Origin: an uncultured Candidatus Actinomarina sp.
Lineage (GTDB): Bacteria > Actinomycetota > Acidimicrobiia > Actinomarinales > Actinomarinaceae
Direction: 5' to 3'
Length of the DNA stretch: 64,000 bases
NCBI GenBank assembly: GCA_902596545.1
Contig: CACJUH010000001.1
Span: 70,858-134,857 of the forward strand
The translations under genes and the position numbers were made by a program. Below the pieces are notes generated by a model that saw nothing but the letters and a program-made list of their open reading frames with translations, made no database searches and was not told where the DNA came from. The number at the start of each line of letters is the position of its first letter. Positions within the stretch are counted from its first letter, which is position 1. Shown piece by piece: positions 51,028 to 61,182 of this stretch.

Positions 51028-52161
51028 ATGAACCTATTTGAATATCAAGGCAAAGATTTATATAAAAAATATTCTATAACAACACCCAAATCAATTTTTA
51101 TAAACTCTATTTCTGATTTAACAGAAAATCATGGTTTGAGTTTTCCATTGGTTGTAAAAGCCCAAGTCCAAGTTGGTGGAAGAGGAAAGGCAGGCGGAAT
51201 AAAGGTTGCAAAAAACCATCAAGAACTAGAAGAGCATATAGATGCAATTCTAGGTATGGACATTAAAGGTCATAAAGTTGAAAGCTTATTGATTGAGGAG
51301 GCTTCTGAAATCATAAGCGAATATTATATATCATTTACTTTAGACAGATCTGAAAAAAAATATTTGATGATGTTGAGCTCCAAAGGTGGAATGGATATTG
51401 AAGAAGTTGCAGCTAATAGTCCAGAAGATTTAATAAAAATTTATATATCTCCATCATTAGGACTTGAAAGTAAAATAATTACACAAGCAATAAAAGATGC
51501 AAATCTCAATCTTGATTACATTGATGAATTACATGAAATAATTTCTAAACTTTACAAACTTTTTACTGAAGGAGACTGTGATCTTGTTGAAGTGAACCCA
51601 TTGGCAATAACAAATCAGGGTGTTTCTGCTCTAGATTCTAAAGTTTCACTAGATATGAATGCAATCTATCGACATGATGATTTTAAAAAATATGAAGAAG
51701 AAATTCCCATTCCAGAATCTGAAAAGTTTGCCAAAAGCAAAGGCTTAAATTTTATCAAGTTGGATGGAAGTGTTGGAATTATTGGCAATGGTGCAGGATT
51801 AGTTATGTCAACTCTAGATGTCGTAGCAGAGCATGGTGGAAAAGCGGCAAATTTTTGTGATATTGGTGGGGGAGCAAAAGCCGAAACCGTTACAGCAGCT
51901 TTAGAAGTTTTAGAATCAGAAGAAGAGGTAACAAGTGTTTTAATTAATATTTTCGGAGGCATTACAAGATGTGATTTAGTAGCTGAAGGAATTGTTGAGG
52001 CAACAAAAGGCAAAGTACTTAAATGGCCTTTGATAGTTAGATTAGACGGCACAAATTCAAAAGAAGGTTTAGAAATTTTGTCTAAAAATGCAAATGAAAA
52101 AATAATAATCTCTGAGTCTATGGATGACGCAGCGAAAGCTGCTGTCGAAGGTGGTAAATAA
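51028..52161 (+). CDS. sucC: Succinate--CoA ligase beta subunit
   Basis: 377 aa, [14 protein letters not shown]-grasp. Confidence 0.95.
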   Translation: MNLFEYQGKDLYKKYSITTPKSIFINSISDLTENHGLSFPLVVKAQVQVGGRGKAGGIKVAKNHQELEEHIDAILGMDIKGHKVESLLIEEASEIISEYYISFTLDRSEKKYLMMLSSKGGMDIEEVAANSPEDLIKIYISPSLGLESKIITQAIKDANLNLDYIDELHEIISKLYKLFTEGDCDLVEVNPLAITNQGVSALDSKVSLDMNAIYRHDDFKKYEEEIPIPESEKFAKSKGLNFIKLDGSVGIIGNGAGLVMSTLDVVAEHGGKAANFCDIGGGAKAETVTAALEVLESEEEVTSVLINIFGGITRCDLVAEGIVEATKGKVLKWPLIVRLDGTNSKEGLEILSKNANEKIIISESMDDAAKAAVEGGK

Positions 52162-53030
52162 TGGCAGTATTTATAAATGAAGAAACAAGAGTTGTTGTTC
52201 AAGGCTTAACAGGTAGAGAAGGAAAGTTTCATGCTTTGCGAAATAGGGACTATGGAACAAAAGTGGTAGCAGGAACAAGGCCAGGTAAAGGTGGAGAAGA
52301 AGTTGAAGGTATTCCAATTTTTAATACTGTTGTTGATGCTGTAAAAGAAACTGGTGCTAATACAGCTATGACTTTTGTACCTCCAGCATTTGCAATGGAT
52401 GCAGTTCTTGAAGCAGGTGAAGCTGGTTGTGATTTAATAGTTTGTATTACGGAAGGCATTCCTGCTAAAGATGAAGCAAGAATGTATGATCTACTTAAAA
52501 GAAATACTATTTCACAATTATTGGGGCCTAATTGTCCCGGACTTATCTCCCCAGGAAAATCAAATGTAGGTATCATGCCACACGAAATAACTAAAGAAGG
52601 AAACGTAGGAGTTGTTTCAAGGTCTGGAACTTTAACTTATCAAGCAGTTCATGAGTTAACTAGATTAGACATCGGACAGTCTACGTGTATTGGTATAGGC
52701 GGTGACCCTGTGCCAGGAATGTCCTTTATCGATGTTTTAGAGGCATTTGAAAAAGATGAACAGACAGAAGCAATCGTAATGATTGGTGAGATAGGTGGGA
52801 GTGCTGAAGAAGAAGCAGCCGAATACATAAGCAAGCTAGTTAGTAAACCAGTAGTTTCTTACATTGCTGGTGTAACCGCGCCACCAGGAAAAAAAATGGG
52901 ACATGCTGGGGCAATTGTTTCTGGAAATATGGGTACAGCCTCTGCTAAAATTGAAGCACTTACTAACGCTGGTGTTAATGTTGTTAACAACCCTACCAAG
53001 ATTGGACAAGCAATAAAGGAATTGATTTGA
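52161..53030 (+). CDS. sucD: Succinate--CoA ligase alpha subunit
   Basis: 289 aa, VQGLTGREG, catalytic His loop ([10 protein letters not shown] / MGHAGA). Confidence 0.95.
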   Translation: MAVFINEETRVVVQGLTGREGKFHALRNRDYGTKVVAGTRPGKGGEEVEGIPIFNTVVDAVKETGANTAMTFVPPAFAMDAVLEAGEAGCDLIVCITEGIPAKDEARMYDLLKRNTISQLLGPNCPGLISPGKSNVGIMPHEITKEGNVGVVSRSGTLTYQAVHELTRLDIGQSTCIGIGGDPVPGMSFIDVLEAFEKDEQTEAIVMIGEIGGSAEEEAAEYISKLVSKPVVSYIAGVTAPPGKKMGHAGAIVSGNMGTASAKIEALTNAGVNVVNNPTKIGQAIKELI

Positions 53031-54262
53031 AAGAAAATTTAAATAGAGAAGAATTATCTGCAGCAATTTCTGATACTAGAAAATCTTTTGATACTGATAA
53101 TCCTATAATTCCGTTTATCGAAGGTGACGGAATAGGTATAGACATATGGCCTGCTTCTCAGAAAGTATTTGATTCAGCTGTTGAAAAAGCCTATAACAAT
53201 CAAAGAAAAATTGAATGGATGGAAGTTTTAGCTGGTCAAAAAGCATATGATAATGAAAATGAGTGGTTGCCTGAAAAAACAATTGAAATGTTTGATAAAT
53301 ACGGGATAGGAATTAAAGGACCTTTAACTACTCCTGTTGGAGGTGGAATTAGATCTATAAACGTCTCAATAAGGCAAAAATTAGACCTTTATGCCTGTGT
53401 AAGGCCTTTGAGGTGGTTTAAAGGTGTTGAAACACCAACAAAGAACCCAGGAGCTGTAGATATTGCTTTATTTAGAGAAAATACAGAAGATGTTTATTCA
53501 GGCAAAGAATTAGAGATGGGTTCTGAGGAAGTCAAAACATTAAATAACTTTCTAAAGTCTGAATTTGGATGGGAAATTAGAGAAGATAGCGGTATTGGAA
53601 TTAAACCAATTTCCCAAACTGCATCAGAGAGATTAATTAGAGCAGCACTGAATTATGCAGTAGAGAATGGAAAGAAAAACCTAGCAATAGTACATAAAGG
53701 AAACATCATGAAATTTACCGAGGGAGCATTTCGAGGCTGGGGCTATGAATTAGTTAAAAATGAATTTTCAGATGTTGCAGTATCTTGGGAAGACTGTAAA
53801 GGTGAACCAGGAGACAAGATTCTAGTTCAGGACGTGATAGCAGATGCTTTTTTACAGCAGATATTAATTAAGCCTCATGAATTTGATGTGATTGCTACCA
53901 CAAATCTTAATGGAGATTATGCATCCGATGCACTAGCAGCTCAAATTGGAGGAATTGGAATAAGCCCAGGTGGAAATATAAATTATGAAAATGGTAAATC
54001 AGTTTTTGAAGCTACTCATGGAACAGCTCCAAAATATGCTGGACAGGACAAAGCTAACCCTGGATCTCTAATACTTTCAGGTGAAATGATGTTTAGGTAT
54101 ATGGGTTGGAATGAAGCTGCAGACCTAGTAATTAAAGCTATGGAAAAATCAATAAGTGAAGGTAATGTTACCTACGACTTAGCGAGAGGTAGATCTGATG
54201 CAAGAACTCTTCCTTCATCAGAATTTGCTCAATCCTTAATTGAAAATATAGAAAGCTTTTAA
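53027..54262 (+). CDS. icd: Isocitrate dehydrogenase (NADP-dependent, homodimeric type)
   Basis: 411 aa, [12 protein letters not shown] motif, TTG start overlapping the sucD stop. Confidence 0.93.
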   Translation: MKENLNREELSAAISDTRKSFDTDNPIIPFIEGDGIGIDIWPASQKVFDSAVEKAYNNQRKIEWMEVLAGQKAYDNENEWLPEKTIEMFDKYGIGIKGPLTTPVGGGIRSINVSIRQKLDLYACVRPLRWFKGVETPTKNPGAVDIALFRENTEDVYSGKELEMGSEEVKTLNNFLKSEFGWEIREDSGIGIKPISQTASERLIRAALNYAVENGKKNLAIVHKGNIMKFTEGAFRGWGYELVKNEFSDVAVSWEDCKGEPGDKILVQDVIADAFLQQILIKPHEFDVIATTNLNGDYASDALAAQIGGIGISPGGNINYENGKSVFEATHGTAPKYAGQDKANPGSLILSGEMMFRYMGWNEAADLVIKAMEKSISEGNVTYDLARGRSDARTLPSSEFAQSLIENIESF

Positions 54263-54265
54263 GTC

Positions 54266-55204
54266 ATGACAAAAGTAACAGTAGTTGGATCAGGAAAGTA
54301 TGGATCAATGACAGCTCTTAGAGTTGCAGAATATGATATAGCTGATACGGTAGTCATGACAGATATAGTTGAAGGTCTTCCTCAAGGTCTTGCTTTAGAC
54401 ATGAATCAATCAAGATTTGTAGAAAAATTCTCATCAAAAATTATTGGAACTAATAATTATGAAGATACTTCTGATAGTGATGTAGTAGTCATCACTGCAG
54501 GCTTACCACGAAAGCCAGGAATGTCGCGCATGGATTTATTAGAGGTTAATGCAAATATTGTAACTGAGGTAACAAGTAACATTATGAAACATTCAAAGAA
54601 TCCAATAATAATTGTTGTTACAAATCCTTTAGATCAAATGACAACTTTAGTTTCTGATGTGTCTGGCTTACCTAAAAGTAGAGTCATCGGTCAAGCTGGA
54701 GTTCTTGATTCATCTCGATTTGCTTATTTTATATCAGAGAAATTAAATGTAAATATGAAGGAAGTTGAAGCCTGGACTCTAGGTAGTCATGGTGAAACTA
54801 TGGTGCCTGCACCATCCCAGTGTAAAGTTGATGGTAAGCCTTTAACTGAGCTGCTTACAAATGATGAAATAGAAGAGTTAGTAAAAAGAACTTCTGATGG
54901 AGGAGCGGAAATCGTTGCATTATTAAAAACAGGCAGTGCTTACTTTGCGCCTTCTTCGGCAGCTGCAACTATGGTTAAGTCAATTATTTCAGATTCAAAT
55001 AATGTTTTACCTTCTTGTTCTTGGGTCTCTGGAGAGTATGGAATTAGTGATGTTTACTTAGGTGTACCAACTAAATTAGGTAAAGATGGCGTAACCGAAA
55101 TTGTAGAACTTGATTTAAATACTGAGGAGCTAGAAAACCTAAAATCAGCTGCTGATTCAGTAAAACAAAAAGTTTTAGAGTTAAATAATCTAAAAACTCA
55201 ATAA
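54266..55204 (+). CDS. mdh: Malate dehydrogenase (LDH-like)
   Basis: 312 aa, MTKVTVVGSGKYG NAD motif, ITAGLPRKPGMSRMDL. Confidence 0.93.
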   Translation: MTKVTVVGSGKYGSMTALRVAEYDIADTVVMTDIVEGLPQGLALDMNQSRFVEKFSSKIIGTNNYEDTSDSDVVVITAGLPRKPGMSRMDLLEVNANIVTEVTSNIMKHSKNPIIIVVTNPLDQMTTLVSDVSGLPKSRVIGQAGVLDSSRFAYFISEKLNVNMKEVEAWTLGSHGETMVPAPSQCKVDGKPLTELLTNDEIEELVKRTSDGGAEIVALLKTGSAYFAPSSAAATMVKSIISDSNNVLPSCSWVSGEYGISDVYLGVPTKLGKDGVTEIVELDLNTEELENLKSAADSVKQKVLELNNLKTQ

Positions 55205-55358
55205 AATTGGGCTTTTTAAGCAAAAAATTTATAATTAGCATAAAAACTCAATAAAATCAGCAGTTTATAAAAAAAAGTCAATAAATTTAGGGTTTTAAGA
55301 CAAATTAATTAAAAAAACTATAATGTTTATAGGGAGTTTTAAAAAAACTCAATAAAGA
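55191..55358. repeat. Four direct copies of an AAAACTCAATAAA-like motif upstream of hup
   Basis: Copies at 55191-55207 and 55241-55257 are 17/17 identical and exactly 50 nt apart. Degenerate copies at 55271-55288 and 55343-55358. Confidence 0.6.
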
Positions 55359-55370
55359 AAGCGGATTCTA

Positions 55371-55643
55371 ATGAATAAAGATGATTTAGCAAATGCTGTT
55401 GCAGCTGCAGTAGGGTTGTCACAAGCAGACGCTAAAAAAGCAGTAGAGGCCGTGTTTGATGGAGTAACAGGTGGTATGAAAGACGGCGTTAAAGTAAGCG
55501 TTGCCGGTTTTGGTACATTTGAATCCAGATACAGGGCTGCAAGACAAGGTAGAAATCCAGCAACAGGTGAAACAATCCAAATTGCTGCGAAAAATGCCCC
55601 AGCTTTTAAAGCTGCAAAAGGATTAAAAGACGCTTTAAATTAA
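55371..55643 (+). CDS. hup: DNA-binding protein HU
   Basis: 90 aa, MNKDDLANAVAAAVGLSQADAKKAVEAVFDG, RNPATGETIQI arm. Confidence 0.93.
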   Translation: MNKDDLANAVAAAVGLSQADAKKAVEAVFDGVTGGMKDGVKVSVAGFGTFESRYRAARQGRNPATGETIQIAAKNAPAFKAAKGLKDALN

Positions 55644-55664
55644 AGTTCTTTTAGTTAAATTTGA

Positions 55665-55693
55665 AAAGACGGCAAAAGCCGTCTTTTCTTTTT
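55665..55693. terminator. Bidirectional rho-independent terminator between hup and a convergent minus-strand gene
   Basis: aaagacggc-aaaa-gccgtcttt hairpin flanked by T runs on both strands. Confidence 0.75.
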
Positions 55694-55961
55694 AGGAAAT
55701 GATACTTATATCACCAGATATTTTAATTTTTTTATCAAACATAAGATCTTCTGGATGTATTTCAGCATTTACAATTTTGTAAAGATCGACAGAAGACATT
55801 TTAAATTTTAGAAAATAGTCATCGTTAATATTTTCAATTTCAGAACAGTTATTTAGTGAATATATTTTTTCTAAATCTGTAAATTCAAAATAAATAAACT
55901 CAGTTTTGTATTCAAAGTTAGAAATTTTTATTTTAAAATTTTTTAGCGTATCTTCTATCAA
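55692..55961 (-). CDS. Hypothetical acidic protein, likely co-transcribed with sdhCDAB
   Basis: 89 aa ORF starting 4 nt after the sdhB stop region. No recognisable motif. Confidence 0.4.
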   Translation of the reverse strand: MIEDTLKNFKIKISNFEYKTEFIYFEFTDLEKIYSLNNCSEIENINDDYFLKFKMSSVDLYKIVNAEIHPEDLMFDKKIKISGDISIIS

Positions 55962-56653
55962 TTAATTGTTAATGTTTCTCTTTTAACGTCTTCTATGGCT
56001 TTGGTAACTTGTATGCCTCTAGGACATGCTGTAGTACAGTTAAATGCTGTTCTGCATCTGAAAGCGCCATTCACATCTTTAAGTATTTCTAATCTTTGTT
56101 TTGAGGCATTGTCTCTTGAATCAAATACAAATCTATGCGCATTAACAATTGCTGCTGGGCCAACATAAGTATCCGCAGTCCAGAAAACCGGACAACTAGT
56201 TGTGCAGGCTGCACAGAGAATACATTTTGTAGTATCTTCAAACTTATCTCTATCTTCTGGAGATTGTAATCTTTCTCTTTCTCCGGGCACTTCATCATTT
56301 ACAAGATAAGGCATAACTTTTTTGTAAGATTCAAAGAATGTTTCCATATCAACAACTAAATCTTTTATGACAGGAAGACCTCTAATTGGCTCAATTTTTA
56401 TTGGATTGCTAACTTCCTTAACTAAGACTTGGCAAGCAAGCATATTTTCTCCATTAACAACCATCGCATCAGAACCACATACTCCATGAGCACATGATCT
56501 TCTAAAAGCGAGACTACCATCATCAAACCATTTAACTTTGTGAAGAAGATCTAAGATTCTCTCATCAGGATCTGCTTCAATGTTGTATTCTTCCCAATGG
56601 CCTTTTCTATCGGTTTCAGGATTGAATCTAAGAATTCTAAGTTTTACATCCAT
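55958..56653 (-). CDS. sdhB: Succinate dehydrogenase iron-sulfur subunit
   Basis: 231 aa, 2Fe-2S Cys cluster (CAHGVCGSDA) and two 4Fe-4S CxxCxxCxxxCP motifs. Confidence 0.95.
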   Translation of the reverse strand: MDVKLRILRFNPETDRKGHWEEYNIEADPDERILDLLHKVKWFDDGSLAFRRSCAHGVCGSDAMVVNGENMLACQVLVKEVSNPIKIEPIRGLPVIKDLVVDMETFFESYKKVMPYLVNDEVPGERERLQSPEDRDKFEDTTKCILCAACTTSCPVFWTADTYVGPAAIVNAHRFVFDSRDNASKQRLEILKDVNGAFRCRTAFNCTTACPRGIQVTKAIEDVKRETLTIN

Positions 56654-58395
56654 TAATATTTTCTTTCTTTTGGTTCATAGTTACCAAGCTCAACATCTTT
56701 ATAGTCAAGTTTAACTGAGTCGCCATTCTTAAATGCAAATGAATGTTTTAACCAATTTGAATCGTCTCTTTCAACATGATCTACTCTTGAATGTGCTCCA
56801 CGACTTTCTTTTCTTTCCAAAGCGCTAGCAACAGTTGTGTCTGACATATCTAATAAGTACTCAAGCTCAATTGCTTCTAGCAACTCTGTATTAAAAACTT
56901 TTCCTTTATCAGAAATAGTAACATTTTGATATCTATCTCTTAAGTCTGACAAAATTTCAGTCTGTTTTGTTAAGCTTTCTTCAGTTCTAAAAATTTTGGC
57001 ATTTTCTTCCATTGAATCTTGAAGCTCTTCTCTTATTTTTGCTACTGAAAAATTAGGGTCATGTTCTTTATCAATAAAGTTACTTATCTTATTTTTTAGG
57101 TCTTCGCCAGCATTTTCAGATAAAGAAAATGGTTTTGTAGAAGAAACATAGTCAACCATGCTTTGACCTGCTCTTTTCCCAAAAACAACTATATCTAACA
57201 GAGAATTAGTGCCTAATCTATTTGCACCATGAACGCTTACACAGGCAGACTCTCCCGCTGAATATACACCTGGAAGTATTGTGCCTTGAGCATCGCTTAA
57301 AACTCTCGCATCTACATCAGTAGGAATACCTCCCATAGCGTAATGAGCTGTTGGTTGAACTGGAATTGGCTCATCTATTGGTTCAATTTTCACATATGTC
57401 CTAACAAAATCTGTTATATCAGGCAATTTCTGTTTTATTGTTTCTGCACCCAAATGTGTTAAATCTAAATATACGAAATCATTGTTTGGTCCTGCTCCGT
57501 TACCTTCACTTATCTCAGTTGCGATAGCTCTTGATACCATATCTCTTGGTGCGAGATCTTTAATTGATGGAGCATATCTTTCCATAAACCTTTCACCGTC
57601 TTTATTTCTTAAAATTCCACCCTCACCTCTCGCAGCTTCTGACAATAGTATTCCAAGACGGTATATTCCTGTTGGGTGAAACTGGTAGAATTCCATGTCT
57701 TCTAAAGGTATGCCTTTTTGATATAAAATTCCCGGACCGTCACCTGTTAACGAGTGGGCATTGGAACTAACCTTATATATTTTTCCAAAACCACCAGTAG
57801 CGAATGTTACAGCTCTGGCTTCAAATATATGTATATCACCGGTTGCAATTTCATAAGCTATAACACCTTTACAAACTCCGTCGTCAATTTTTATATCTAA
57901 AACTTGAAATTCGTCAAAAAAGGTTACTCCCATCGAAACGCATTTTTGATATAAAGTTTGAAGAATCATATGACCAGTTCTGTCTGCTGCATAGCAGGCT
58001 CTAAAAGCTGGTGCCTCACCTTCTTTAACAGTATGTCCTCCAAATCTTCTTTGAGCAATCTTTCCATTTTCTAATCTACTAAATGGTAGTCCCCAATGTT
58101 CTAACTCAACTACAGAGTCAATTGCTTCTTTGCACAGAATATCTACAGCTGGTTGATCTGCTAAGTAGTCTGAACCTTTGACTGTATCAAATGCATGCCA
58201 GTTCCAATTATCTTCTTCTACATTTGCTAATGCGGCACTCATACCACCTTGGGCTGCACCAGTGTGCGATCTTGTTGGATATAGTTTTGTTATTACAGCT
58301 AGCTTCATATGGGGCGCTGCTTCAATTGCAGCTCTAAGACCTGCTCCACCAGCACCAACGATTACTCCATCAAAAGAGTGCTTGATTATTTTCAT
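56653..58395 (-). CDS. sdhA: Succinate dehydrogenase flavoprotein subunit
   Basis: 580 aa, DGVIVGAGGAGLRAA FAD motif, covalent-FAD His region (RSHTGAAQGG). Confidence 0.95.
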   Translation of the reverse strand: MKIIKHSFDGVIVGAGGAGLRAAIEAAPHMKLAVITKLYPTRSHTGAAQGGMSAALANVEEDNWNWHAFDTVKGSDYLADQPAVDILCKEAIDSVVELEHWGLPFSRLENGKIAQRRFGGHTVKEGEAPAFRACYAADRTGHMILQTLYQKCVSMGVTFFDEFQVLDIKIDDGVCKGVIAYEIATGDIHIFEARAVTFATGGFGKIYKVSSNAHSLTGDGPGILYQKGIPLEDMEFYQFHPTGIYRLGILLSEAARGEGGILRNKDGERFMERYAPSIKDLAPRDMVSRAIATEISEGNGAGPNNDFVYLDLTHLGAETIKQKLPDITDFVRTYVKIEPIDEPIPVQPTAHYAMGGIPTDVDARVLSDAQGTILPGVYSAGESACVSVHGANRLGTNSLLDIVVFGKRAGQSMVDYVSSTKPFSLSENAGEDLKNKISNFIDKEHDPNFSVAKIREELQDSMEENAKIFRTEESLTKQTEILSDLRDRYQNVTISDKGKVFNTELLEAIELEYLLDMSDTTVASALERKESRGAHSRVDHVERDDSNWLKHSFAFKNGDSVKLDYKDVELGNYEPKERKY

Positions 58396-58802
58396 GACTG
58401 CCTCACAAATGCTACCAAAACATATGTACCTAATACAAAAAACGCTGTTGATACAAAATATAAACTATATAAAGCAAGACTTCTATGGAGTTTGTTTGCT
58501 ATATTGTCGTGCATAACTATCCTTAATCCATTTGTTCCATGAAGAATACTTAGAGCCAGCAAAAGCCAATCAAATGTTCTCCAATAAGGGGTATCCCATC
58601 TGGCAGCAACAAATTCATAATCAAGATTAAGCGTATCATTAAAAACATGCATAATAAACATATGACCAGCAGCTAATAAAACCAGAAATAAACCACTTAC
58701 TCTCATGAAAAACCATGCGTATAATTCAAAATTGCTTCCACCAATAGGCGGTTGCCTTCTTCCCCAATCAGTTCTAGTTGTATTCTGCATTATGATTTCC
58801 AA
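58392..58802 (-). CDS. sdhD: Succinate dehydrogenase hydrophobic membrane anchor subunit
   Basis: 136 aa, 3 TM helices, sits between sdhC and sdhA. Confidence 0.7.
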   Translation of the reverse strand: MEIIMQNTTRTDWGRRQPPIGGSNFELYAWFFMRVSGLFLVLLAAGHMFIMHVFNDTLNLDYEFVAARWDTPYWRTFDWLLLALSILHGTNGLRIVMHDNIANKLHRSLALYSLYFVSTAFFVLGTYVLVAFVRQS

Positions 58803-59248
58803 TCTGGTAATGGTCTTACCATACAGTCAACAACTGTTGTTCCAGGTGAACTTTTTTCAATACAAATATCAAAATACGAAGTTATCATTCTATAAGTCGT
58901 TGGAACAAAAATTCCAATAAAAATTAGCAGTGCAACAACGTTAAGAGATTTTTGATAATCAGATCCTTTTTTCCAAAGATCAACAGTGATGATTCTTAAC
59001 CCATTTATTGCATGGGCTAATACTGCAGCCATTAAACCAACCTCGCCGAGTCTGAAATAAAAGTTTTTGTATATTGCTTCTGCACCTTCATATATTTCGG
59101 GACCCGCAAGGATTAATGCGGTAGAAATAATATGTAAAAGTAAATAACCAAATAGCGCAACACCAGTGATTCGATGAAAAAGATATAACCACATGCTAGT
59201 CCTGCCTTTATAAACAGAACCAGTAGAAACTATTTCCTGATAAGCCAT
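58790..59248 (-). CDS. sdhC: Succinate dehydrogenase cytochrome b subunit
   Basis: 152 aa, 3 TM helices with conserved His, first gene of the sdh operon. Confidence 0.75.
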   Translation of the reverse strand: MAYQEIVSTGSVYKGRTSMWLYLFHRITGVALFGYLLLHIISTALILAGPEIYEGAEAIYKNFYFRLGEVGLMAAVLAHAINGLRIITVDLWKKGSDYQKSLNVVALLIFIGIFVPTTYRMITSYFDICIEKSSPGTTVVDCMVRPLPDWKS

Positions 59249-59303
59249 ATTTAATTATCCTACATTGGAAAAATAACTATAAATTAATTAGACAATTCAC
59301 CTC

Positions 59304-59347
59304 TTGACATTTTTATGTTCCCGTAATAAATTACACATATGTAATTT
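59304..59347 (+). promoter_or_regulatory. Candidate whiB promoter (TTGACA -35) with an overlapping 8-bp inverted repeat operator
   Basis: TTGACA at 59304-09, then TAAATT about 17 nt later. aaattaca-cata-tgtaattt palindrome at 59328-47, just upstream of the AAGGAG ribosome-binding site and the GTG start. Confidence 0.4.
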
Positions 59348-59363
59348 ACTTTAAGGAGTACGG

Positions 59364-59645
59364 GTGGAGCAATCAATAGTAGAAGAGTTAATCGGCGGAA
59401 TGCCATCATGGACAGAAGAGGCAAATTGTAAAGGGGCAGATGCAGATTTATTTTTTCCGGAAAGAGGAGCTTCTACTAGAAAAGCTAAAGCAATTTGTAG
59501 AGCATGCACCGTCCAAGACCAATGTTTAGAGTATGCAGTAGAGAACTCTGAAAAATTCGGAATTTGGGGTGGTCTATCAGAACGTGAGCGTAGAAGAATT
59601 AAAAGACAACGTGCTGCAGAATTTGATATTAGAGACGTAGGTTAG
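59364..59645 (+). CDS. whiB: WhiB-family (Wbl) Fe-S transcriptional regulator
   Basis: 93 aa, four Cys (C-x24-C-x2-C-x5-C), GIWGG turn, basic C-terminus, GTG start. The family is restricted to Actinobacteria. Confidence 0.9.
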   Translation: MEQSIVEELIGGMPSWTEEANCKGADADLFFPERGASTRKAKAICRACTVQDQCLEYAVENSEKFGIWGGLSERERRRIKRQRAAEFDIRDVG

Positions 59646-60097
59646 ATACTAAAGCTTTCAGAATATTCGCTGAAGTCTCTTTCAACCCCGATTTCATCAC
59701 TTTTTATTATTTCAGTTATAGTGTTTTCTTCGTCTGTTATATATGTATATCTCAAAGAAATACCAGCACCATCATGAAAGCAACCAAATTTTTTGGCTAC
59801 TTCACCATGAGGCCAAAAGTCTGACAAAATTGGGAATTCAATATTATGGTGTGCAGCCCACGACCTATTAGTAGGACTTGCACCAACTGTTATTAGTATT
59901 GTATTTGTATCTTCTTTCAAAAAAGACTCTTGGTAGTCTCTTAATTCGCATATTTCCTTATCACAAACACTACTAAATGGGAATGGCATAAAAACAAACA
60001 TTGTTTTTTGACCCAAGAAATCTTTGTCGCTGTGTTTTGTTTTGTCATAGTTGAATAATTCAAATTCTGGTATTTTATCTCCAATATTTAATGACAT
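59642..60097 (-). CDS. AhpE-like peroxiredoxin (AhpC/TSA family)
   Basis: 151 aa, FMPFPFSSVCDKEICELRD peroxidatic Cys motif, FPILSDFWPHG. Confidence 0.85.
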   Translation of the reverse strand: MSLNIGDKIPEFELFNYDKTKHSDKDFLGQKTMFVFMPFPFSSVCDKEICELRDYQESFLKEDTNTILITVGASPTNRSWAAHHNIEFPILSDFWPHGEVAKKFGCFHDGAGISLRYTYITDEENTITEIIKSDEIGVERDFSEYSESFSI

Positions 60098-60141
60098 TTT
60101 ATTTATCCTTTCTTAATAAATTTATGATAGCGAAGTTAAAT

Positions 60142-61182
60142 TTAAATAGGTGGCAAAGAAGTTCTAGCTGCCCAAGAAATTGGATCTTCTAATTCATGAA
60201 CTGATGGAATAAGGTTCATATCTGAAATAATTTCATTTAGGCCAAGTTCATTTTTGGAATCTTCAAGGAATGAGATAAAAGAATCGGATCTTTCATCGTA
60301 TTTAGAAATTTTTAATTCGAAATCACTTCCAGGTCCTTGATTGGCAACGAGGCCTAGGTCCATAACTAGATCAATCACACTCGGTTCTATAAAGTCAATT
60401 AATTTTTTTGCAGAGTGCTTGATTACTGATCTATAAAAACTAAGAGGTGCAAAAATAACATCAAGCATGGAGTCAATATCAAAGTTGTTCAATTCAGGTA
60501 TGTTATTCATGAGGTCTTGAGGATTAGAAAAATTACTTGGGTCAAAATTTGGTTCAATATCTTTTATGTTTGCTAACAGTTCTTCGTTACTTTTTTTCAT
60601 TTGTTTTATCAAGTAATCGAATGGAGCTGTGTGCTCACCAAGAGTCAGAGTTATATATTCTAGAAGCATCAATGCAATTGTTGCCTCTTTTTCATCGATC
60701 GAAAACTGACTTATTCTCAAATCAAAATTATTTTTATTTATCGCAAGAGCACTATTTCTTGGAAGAACAATTCCATAATGACTAAGACCCCAAGTGTTCT
60801 TGCTCAAAAATCCAGCAATGTTACCTAGTTGCATTCCTATTAATGATGATTGAGCACCTCCAATTCCTGCAGGTAAACCCTCAAACATTTTAAGCTCGGA
60901 AAAATCAAAATGTTTAATTGAATTTAGAAACCAATTTCCATATTTTTTTGAATCCATTATTGAAACTTCTAGTGGCGTGTACTCATTTTTTGTTGAAGAT
61001 TCTTGACTCAATTCTATAACTCTGAATATTTCTTGATAATTCAAGTCAGAATTAGAAAGTAATCTATCTTCTTCGATATCTTTATTTATATGGTTATTAA
61101 TTTGTTCAGCCAGTTGCCAATTTACATCGCCGTCATCATTATTGAAAAGATTAAATAATTGGGAAAAAAGATCGTCAGACAT
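60142..61182 (-). CDS. Hypothetical protein, upstream partner of htrA
   Basis: 346 aa, acidic, no HExxH or other catalytic motif seen. The start of its coding sequence overlaps the htrA stop by 1 nt. Confidence 0.45.
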   Translation of the reverse strand: MSDDLFSQLFNLFNNDDGDVNWQLAEQINNHINKDIEEDRLLSNSDLNYQEIFRVIELSQESSTKNEYTPLEVSIMDSKKYGNWFLNSIKHFDFSELKMFEGLPAGIGGAQSSLIGMQLGNIAGFLSKNTWGLSHYGIVLPRNSALAINKNNFDLRISQFSIDEKEATIALMLLEYITLTLGEHTAPFDYLIKQMKKSNEELLANIKDIEPNFDPSNFSNPQDLMNNIPELNNFDIDSMLDVIFAPLSFYRSVIKHSAKKLIDFIEPSVIDLVMDLGLVANQGPGSDFELKISKYDERSDSFISFLEDSKNELGLNEIISDMNLIPSVHELEDPISWAARTSLPPI

